Positions 55,601-64,000 of a stretch of 64,000 bases of DNA are shown piece after piece; positions within the stretch are counted from its first letter, which is position 1, and every line of letters begins with the position of its first letter. Both the position numbers and the translations under genes were made by a program. A model generated the notes under the pieces. That model ran no database searches and had not been told where the DNA came from. It saw only the letters and a program-made list of their open reading frames with translations. Origin of the DNA: Balanoglossus misakiensis (taxonomy: Eukaryota > Animalia > Hemichordata); the NCBI GenBank assembly GCA_040954595.2, contig CM082581.2, positions 3,960,699-4,024,698 on the forward strand, given 5' to 3'.

Positions 55601-58600
55601 CCTCCGACCTCTAGTAATCTTCCATTCACTGGAAGCAATTTAGCCGTGAATATTTAGCAAAATAAAGAGAAACTGTAATTTTAGAGAATTCTAAAAGTTT
55701 TACCGATTAAAGTTAACTGGAACAACAGGAATTGAGTTCAAACATGCCACTTTTATCATCAAGTACGAAAAAAGCTCACATTGATTAAGTCTGTACTTTG
55801 TTCAATCGAAGATCGATTGATTCATTGAAATTATTCAAATTTGTCAACCCGCAATAATATAATCTTGAAGGAAAATTATTACTATGGAAAATGTTAACAG
55901 TCTTACTCAGGAATTTTAGCTGAAACTTATCAACAAGAAGTTGAGTGTGACCCGAACACCAATTGATCCCAGTACGTGTCCCAGAACAGCTATCTTTGCC
56001 TCAAAAGTTGTCACCCCCCCAAGTTTGACAGAAAAGGAAATGAAGCGCTTGTAAGAAAAGAAGTTGCCAAAATAGAGACATTTATAAGCAAAGAAGTTCG
56101 GAACTCTCTTTTTTTTGTAGATTTTCCAGGTGAGTGAAATCGCAGCCCAAGTAATTGTGGTAATACGGACAGGAATGGTCCCATGTATGCTTGAGTACGT
56201 TGCACACTAAATTGTAAGTGGTCCCCTTTCTGTGGCAGGGGTTCTCGGCTCTTCATTGTCTGCGCGATAGATAGGCAGGCAGAGCTGCTGGTAATATTGA
56301 CATGAAAAGCCAACCCCTCCTTTGTGTGATTCACTGCGTCCTTTCAATGGCTGTAGACTTTTCATTAGAATGACCTGGCCACACCGCTCAGTGTATACGC
56401 ACTCGATGAAAACATCGAAACTGGACAGGTTTTCTAGGCGCTGTTAATAAATGAAGTAACAAGATATACTCCAGGCTTCCCCACTTCTAAAAAAATAATT
56501 CTCATTACTTAGCAATTAGCTTCAGTTCTGTATGGAACACCTTCTGTTGCAGCTCCTGTCCTATTTATTTTATCTTCACTCCGATTCAATTACTTCTCCT
56601 CTGGGCTGTAAGTTACACCCGCCGTCTTCCCTCTATTTCGCATGCATTATCAAAAAACCGACAACCAAGCGCTTTTTTAAATTTTAATGTGAAAAGATAC
56701 TTTAAAATAATGATAAATGATGCATTTTTCTGTATTTCAACTGTCAAAAATGTGTTTCAAACGGCTATTTATATAAATTGATTCCAGTTAAAAGTAGTTT
56801 TTGCTGGTCTGGTTCAGTGGGTTGTATTCATATTTTGATCTGATAATTGATCTGTTGCTGGAGAAAAAAAATAATAAATTTATGGGATCTGAAAGATGTT
56901 AATATAGTAATGATCATAGGAAATGGGTAATTACAAGCAGGGGTAGGCTCAGCTGGAACAAGGTAGCAAATTGCTCATTGACGGGAATATTAATGTGGCA
57001 TGCAGCAATTTTAACTAACATTCGCCTTTCATGTCACTTTCTTTTTACTTTTGCCGACTGTTTGTCGGTAGTATACCTGAGGTTTTTTTTTTTTTTTACT
57101 TCATTGTGGAAGTCATTCTGGTCAAAAAAACTATTTGACCTTTCCTGTTTAAGGGGAGAGTGATGAGTTTGATAGTGTGACAATGAGAAGGAAGGTAATT
57201 CTATCAAAAGCATATATAATGACAGTGCTACATTGTTACCAATTGCAATTAAGCAGATGATTCCATCGTTGTCTATTATCAGTGATCTCGAATCATCCTC
57301 TTTTACGTGTTATGTATTCAGCCTCATCATATGAAGAATAACTGGAGTAGCTCCTACAAGGCCATTGCAAATGACTTGTTATAGTCTTCCCCCGCTAATT
57401 GTTTCCTCAGGTGAAAATTCAGAAACATTTTTCATTCTGATGGCTGTCTGACCGGAATGGAAAGTGGCATTTTATGTGAAAAGTTGAAGTCTTCGAGGTT
57501 ATAAAGCGAAGGTAGTGGGAAAAACTTGGATAAAAGACATACCATGTTTCTAGTTCATTTATTAGACAAGTAGAATGTTTTAAATTTTATTAATAAAAAA
57601 AGAATTAATGGAATGATAGGTTTAACTTGGCAAGCATTTTGTTGTGATTATTGTTGCGTTAAAAGTCTCAAAGTGGCTCCAAATGTTCCACTGACAAAAC
57701 GCAGTCCTTTTAGAATAAACTATGAGAGTCGTGAGGGGCTCGGGAGTTTTCAATTTGGGGAGGGGGGATGATGATGATGGAGATTTTACTGGTTAAAGTT
57801 GACATCATTTTGGTCATTCACGGCTGGCTGCTTTCCTCCCCGATGATGTGACACAATAGCGGGGGAAGGGCCTTGGGTTAATCTTGCCTGCAATAAATCT
57901 TCATGGCATTCAATGGTTGGAATAACTTCAAGTTGTCTGGTAAACTCCAGTTCCCTCTGTCAGGCTGTATATCAAACCTCCGGATTGTCAACAGTCGCAT
58001 AATGGGAGAGATTTAACCAAGTTGTTACCTAACGCTTTGATGCCGAACAAGCTACGACTGACCTGACTTGTTGGCACGGCGATGACCAACTGGCAAGGCC
58101 ATTGCTTCATGCAACCAAGGAGAGACGGTCGAACGGTCCTCGCTTTTTCTCCATTCAAATGGAAATGGGAAGTGCAGTCGTAAAGCGTTCAAGCCGATAG
58201 GAAGTAATAGGTGACTGTGCTCTGATGTGCTGGGTTATACTGTACTTCAATTATTAGATCACCAAAGTTAAAATTTATGACGCCGGTTTTAGGGATAGTG
58301 AAGCAGAATGGATAGTTTGTGGCAGGCCCGGACTTAAGAGGGTGGAAAATGGAATTCAGTAGCGGCTATTAGCGCCCCGCCAAATCTAACAGCTTGGCTA
58401 GTACAATGAGCGAAAACTCAAATGTTCATTACCAGAATAAAATGAGCATAACTTGGATATGAGTGAAATGGGGTATAAACTTTTAAAACCCGCGGATAAT
58501 TTATATTTTACCACCTGCTCGTAGTAGCAATTTGTTCATAATCTTGGAAGGCATCAATTTGAAATAGTGTTTGCAGTTAGAGCCCCATTGTCAGCCCAAT

Positions 58601-61600
58601 CAGGTTTTTGTGGCTCCTCGGGGAGGTCTAAGTCACAGCTAAGAAAGCCCAAATACTAACATTCAGCTGAATTAGTCTGCGAGCCATATCACAGAATATA
58701 GTGGTCAAGTCAGTTAACTCATTATGGCTTGGTTAACTTTTGACTTCAATATGCAGGTGTTGTTAGCGCGGCTACTTCGCATAAATAACTATGCGGGACT
58801 TTTCTGACTGTCCATACCCAGAGTTGTAAAAAAGATGCAATAAATCATATTGGAGTTAAGCAGTCGGAATGAGGTGTTACGCAGCACATTGCAAGGATTA
58901 TGATCTCATTCAGGTGGGCGAGGGGGGTGGACAGGAGGATGATATTGTTACCCTTTTTTACGGCCGCTTAAAAGTCCCCCTGAAATAAAGAAGTCAAAGT
59001 GTAACAATGACCCGTGGTAGTTAAACCCACAATGACAGACAGAGCGTGAATGGACCCAGAGCAGAATTAACATGCGCAGAGGTCACTTGCCCCACTATAA
59101 AGCCGGCAAGACTGTAAATTATTTTCTATAAGTATGATGACTGCTGTCGACTTGTACGACAGCGTCATAAAATAAACTGACATCTGAGAAAGTTTTGTGG
59201 CTGTGGTTGGCACCAGACTTTGACGAAGGGGGGACTGAGTCTGGATCTGGCTGCTGCACACGAATTTGGAAATCAACTCTGGGAACGTCGTGCGCTGTTG
59301 GCCGCCTAGGCAAAACACCCAAGCCCCAAGTATGAAATGAAATATGTGGGTTAAACGCAGTTCCTTGGAGGAAGAAGTTTACTTCTGTGTTTGTATAATA
59401 TGAAGTTAATAGGTTTGGTGTGATTGACTAGCAGTACAAACATAAACAAATCAAGTTGTTTATTTTATGTCCATATTGACCACACAATGAGGTGAACAGC
59501 GCTTATTTTGCCCCAGTTAATCTGATTCACTGCTTCTGTGCAGTAGAGCCATGAGATTTAAGTCTTGCCGTGAGTTGGCTGGTATTAAAACTATTACATG
59601 TACACACTACTTTAACAGTACAGCTGAGCTTGGGTTTTGTTTCCGTACATCAAACTCTCCACTGAAGTTGCTCTCAACAAAAATTCTTTTAAAGTTCTTC
59701 TTGTGTTGCGGTAAAACTGTCCTTATTCACTGTTTTTACTGCCACCATGGTTTCATAGCGTTGTTTAACTGAGTTACCTAGCCCCAGTTAAGCCACAGAT
59801 TTCCGCCACCTTTGCCTTCAAAACTACGTCCAGCCATGATCACGGTAGTTTTGAGAGCAGAGGCAGTCGATAACTGTGGCTAGTGCAGGGCTATGAACTG
59901 AGTAATTGCAGTGGTGATATGATTTTGGGATGAAAACTGTGTTTGCAGTTTAACACAGAGATTAACACAGACATGCACAAGTGTGAACATTGAAAGAGCA
60001 CATTAACACACTATCCTCACACACATGTAGAAACGGCAATGTTTTGGTGTACAGTTTATAGAGCACAGCCATCTCAATCTATTTTATTTGTTGAACCTGG
60101 ACTCTGTTTGAAGCATTGTATAGCGCAACAAATTTTCAATCCATTTTCAATTCTCAAATGCTAATTATGTTGAATAACTTGTAATAAAATGAGAGATCCA
60201 TTCAGAAAATCAGCAGGGTCAACTCAGTGCTGCCCGAGGCTTTACCTGTCAAACAAGCAAAAAACCTGTATGATAAAAATCTTGCCTGTGAAGATCATAC
60301 GTTTTGGCCTTGTAAGTTCAGTGTGATTATGTTATAAGTCCGCCAGAGAGTTGAGAGAGAACCACCACCAGGACTATCTGGGGCTTAGTAACAGAGGCAG
60401 TTATGCATTCAGTACAAACACGCAGCTTAGTTCAGCTACCATGCTCGATATGCAATTTGTACATCAGACAACCGTAACTGTCTCTTGTATTCCTGTGTGT
60501 ACACAAACTCCAATCAAACATAAGCACACTTGATTTGTGGCCACAAAGAAAATTCATATAATTCCGCGACTTCGCTTTATTTTCTTTGTAAGGATACATT
60601 TCAGATCAGCTGGTGGCAAATAAGAGAAACAACCCTGGTTGTAAATGCGCTGGCCAATTATAGAATGCATTCTTTTTTTTGGTTAAAATTTATAAAAATT
60701 TCAAATACATCATGGAAACAGAGAACCTGGATCCTGGATAAAATGAGTGTCAAACTGTAACCAAATTTTCATTGAAGTTTAGTTAACGCTTAATTCAAAT
60801 CAGAATGAAATAATTCTACTTTTTTTATTGGAATCAATAGTCTATATACAGTATCTTTACATAATAAGTCAGGCAGAATAAATAGTATACTATATGGAAT
60901 CATTTGGAAGATTTATTTTGGAAAAAGTGTCGTTGAAACCACCACACACAGCACAGCAGTAACTGGCAGCCAAGGAAATAGTAGTGCAGTCATCTGATTT
61001 GATGATTATTTGAAGGTGTGTTCACTATCTTAAGGCGACCACTCCAGATTTTGAAAGCATGTGAATTGGGACTTGTTGAAGTTTTCAGAGGTCTATTACA
61101 CTCACCATGCATGCTAATATTTGGAAACCTACAATTACCAGAATGGCAATAGCCAGGAGCCAGCTCGACCCCTCAAGTGTTTAATTAAAACTTTGTAAAG
61201 TCTTCTTTTTATTCAGAATCTTACTTCTCCCCCGAAGCTTAATACCAATTTGTATTTGAATAGCCTAAAGGTATGCATCCTCACAGCGTGGTGTCTAATG
61301 TTAGTGTTCATCTCTATTCCCAGGTAGCACATTAAACAGGACCATCTATTTGAATGAGAAAGATACCAAATCTTAATAGGTGTCTTTCTTTGACTTGCAG
61401 TCATTCTTGAAGTAGTTGAATTTTACTGTGGCTAAATCCGGCTGCCACAAATTCTATTACTGTCTTTTTTGTTGGTGTTTTCAGTGTTGCCGTTCCGCAG
61501 ATTTCGAGGCTGGCACTTGACAGGCTTAAGCCAGTAATGGTTCGGAATCTTTTTTTGACTTAAACCGACAATTAAGTGCTGGGATTTCTCCATTTAGATT

Positions 61601-62138
61601 TTTGTGATGTTTTCATGAAAAACTATTATCATTGTCATACCTATCGATGCTTTTCCGGAGTGATAAACTGGTGGATGAGACTAAAACATGAACAATACTG
61701 TCACCTATGGTAAAAAATTCAAACTTTTCTTGAACATTCTGATGAAGACACCTGTGCTATATTTACAGTCATCAACTCACAAGATTAAGACACTTTGTTC
61801 TGTGCGTGGAGAATTTGACAAAGTTTGACAGGAAATGCATATGAAAGAGTAATTTAGTTGAGTCGGGTGCATGAAGAAGATGATGTCTTTCTGTAGGAAT
61901 GTGCGTTGCGTGTTGTGTCCATTGACTAAGTCCCCCTTTATGTTTGCATTTGCGTTGACGCTTCTCAGTGTAATTGCCTTTCCAACTTTGAATCTTTGTA
62001 GCGAGTCGCACATAGTCTTAATGCACTTCCGGGTCGAGCCTTTACTCAGAACAGCGCAAGTAGATCGACGTTCTCCGCTCTCTCCTCGATGTCGTGAAAC
62101 AAGTGTCGCTTCTCGCTCCCCGCCTGAGAGCTTTCTTG

Positions 62139-62152
62139 GTCGCCATGGCAAC
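62139..62152. promoter_or_regulatory. RFX X-box GTCGCCATGGCAAC
   Basis: Near-perfect X-box palindrome inside a CpG-rich patch that also has an ETS site (CACTTCCGG 62024-62032). Confidence 0.55.
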
Positions 62153-63240
62153 TAAGATGGAACACTGCCTAAAATATCTGTTACTTTCCTTCAGCTGATG
62201 GCTTTTCATCAGATGGGAACATGTGTTACACAGCTCGCTGCCGTAATGCCCGTGTTGTGTTCTTGGGGGTGACAATACTATGCCCAATGCATTAATCGTG
62301 TTCCAGATTTATTATACAGATTAGAAAGTACTCTTGTCTTGTAAACGGAGTAGAGGGGGTACCTTTTATCAATCCTTTGTGCTGGAGCGGGCAGACCGCC
62401 TCGTCTTGAAATTTAATATACCAGGGGGTATGGTGTAGCGGCCTGCTTAATACTACAGTTAATTTGATTACTCAAGTCTGCGCCGGCGCCCTTTGATAGT
62501 TGCGGCTCGAATGGCAACACAAGAGCGTGAATGCTATTTTATATGTATCTTGTCTCCATAGGCTTGCATACTGATACCAGTGAATGTCAAGGGCTCAAAT
62601 TGAAGTCAGGTATCGGGGATTGATGGGGTCGGAGGTCATCCCTCCCAAGTCAGTCTCCACCGATACCCCACTGATATTTAATAGCTGTGAGGTATTACCA
62701 TATACCAATACTCAATTGGAAAATTAGCTAACCACCACGAGTGGTCTCCAGGTCCTGTTGAGATTTTTATTTTTCGTGCTCTCGAATTTCTGCACTTTTT
62801 TGCCTGGCTCGTCACTCGAGCCACTTACGCATTGCTAGCATCTGAATATTATCACTTTGGGTGATCTTTATTTACAAATCCACTCACGCCTCATGTAGTA
62901 ATATTTTTGTCTCTCACCTGAGCTGCTCGTGTGATAAAGAAAGGTTTCATTTATTTGCAGGTCCAATTAATGTTTAATATGTGAGTACATTCAGAGTAGA
63001 AGAGTCAATCTATCTTTTTTTTATATATTTATGTGGATATATATTAAAATTATGGCCAGGAGCTAATAATGGCTGTTGCAACTCAGCTAGGTATGAGCAG
63101 AGGTGTCTAGTGTTTCAATTAGCTTCACACTTGTGACTACTTTACACTTTCTGTGGCACGTCTCTGAAACAACTTCCCTCCAGAAAACACCACCTATGAA
63201 ACAGTCGCCCTTGAACCTCACCAGGGCACAACAATCCCTC

Positions 63241-63346
63241 CACTACACAACACTATACAATGCAACACAACACTACACAACACAACACTATACAACACAA
63301 CACAACACTATACAATGCAACACAACACTATACAACACAACACAAC
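63241..63346. repeat. Pentanucleotide microsatellite (CACAA/CACTA/TACAA/TGCAA)n
   Basis: About 21 imperfect pentamers; accounts for the spurious TTQHN-rich ORFs at 63103-63555 and 63260-63547. Confidence 0.9.
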
Positions 63347-64000
63347 CATCCAATCACACAACTATTCCACAGCACAACAAACCCGTCCATGAACCCACCC
63401 ACCAATCATTCAATGGCGCAACTCCCCCCTCCCCTCATAAACAACTTACCCTCCATATTATTTTGCTGTTTTTCGGTTACACCATTTTCTCTGCTCTGTC
63501 GTGTAATTTTGGCTTGTTTTGGCTTTTTTGTAATCTTGGAGAGATGAGGAGATAGATTTTTATCAATGACAAATCACACTTTTCATTTTTTTCTGTCCTT
63601 CCCATAATTTCCATTACTATCAATTTTCCAGTCCTGTACGTGAGTGCCAAAATTTTTTCAGAATTTTGTTTTGAAATTTATGGAAAAAAATGACCAGTGT
63701 AATTATCTGAAGAAAATAACTGAACACTTTGTCAGAGTCTGGATAAACAAATGGTGACAATACAACTCTTGTCTTGCATGGCCTGTATTGGGTTGGCAGT
63801 AGCCGTTACGAGTGGCCATTGACTATGATAGAAACCACTACAGTGCTATGGGGAAAACATTGGAATTTCGTCAAGAAACTTTGTTTCAGTTGCCCAAATG
63901 CATTCATTGAGGTAGATATATAATCAATGTTTTCTGACAAACACGTGCTCTTGACAGTCAACTTTAGTCGACCAAAGAATTTCTGCAAACAGATACTGTA

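Noticed and set aside
59681-59725. Echo of COE exon 7: aaattcttttaaagttcttcttgtgttgcggtaaaactgtcc resembles [14 protein letters not shown] (ORF text KILLKFFLCC)
   Set aside because: No AG acceptor at the expected position, two frameshifts needed, no [12 protein letters not shown] continuation or donor, and T-rich Phe/Leu codons match easily by chance. A degenerate exon copy cannot be fully excluded; compare with the real exon 7 nucleotide sequence.
62424-62515. tRNA/SINE-like: A-box-like TGGTGTAGCGG (62431-62441) and B-box-like GGCTCGAATG (~62504)
   Set aside because: B box deviates from consensus, spacing is too long and no cloverleaf forms. Similar lone boxes at ~8860 (minus strand) and ~56944 also lack partners.
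63241-63346. Possible CRISPR-like array or coding repeat
   Set aside because: Simple pentamer microsatellite with no unique spacers, in a eukaryotic context.

Overview
Eukaryotic (animal) genomic DNA, AT-rich, with no prokaryotic-style genes; the ORF track is almost entirely noise. The only recognisable protein-coding content is the 5' half of a COE/EBF (Collier/Olf-1/EBF, unc-3-like) transcription factor gene on the + strand. Six exons (13540-13655, 14006[or 14003]-14162, 14410-14473, 15296-15351, 16545-16618, 16975-17043) splice in frame into about 178 aa: the N-terminus plus most of the COE DNA-binding domain, including the H-X3-C-X2-C-X5-C zinc knuckle. Residues such as [10 protein letters not shown] suggest an invertebrate bilaterian (inference). 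No gene is recognisable in the 13.5 kb upstream. Exon 7 (expected ~[28 protein letters not shown]) was not found, so intron 6 spans more than 46.9 kb to the window end. Most notable non-coding signals: (1) about 18 RFX X-box-like palindromes spread through intron 6, several in composite clusters; (2) four COE-binding-site-like palindromes within 100 bp of the putative promoter; (3) a GC-AG intron 4 and a NAGNAG acceptor at exon 2; (4) a candidate 9-nt in-frame microexon or recursive splice site deep in intron 6; (5) a sharp CpG-rich to CpG-poor switch just after exon 6, with CpG-retaining patches inside the intron. All regulatory interpretations are motif-level hypotheses from reading by eye.
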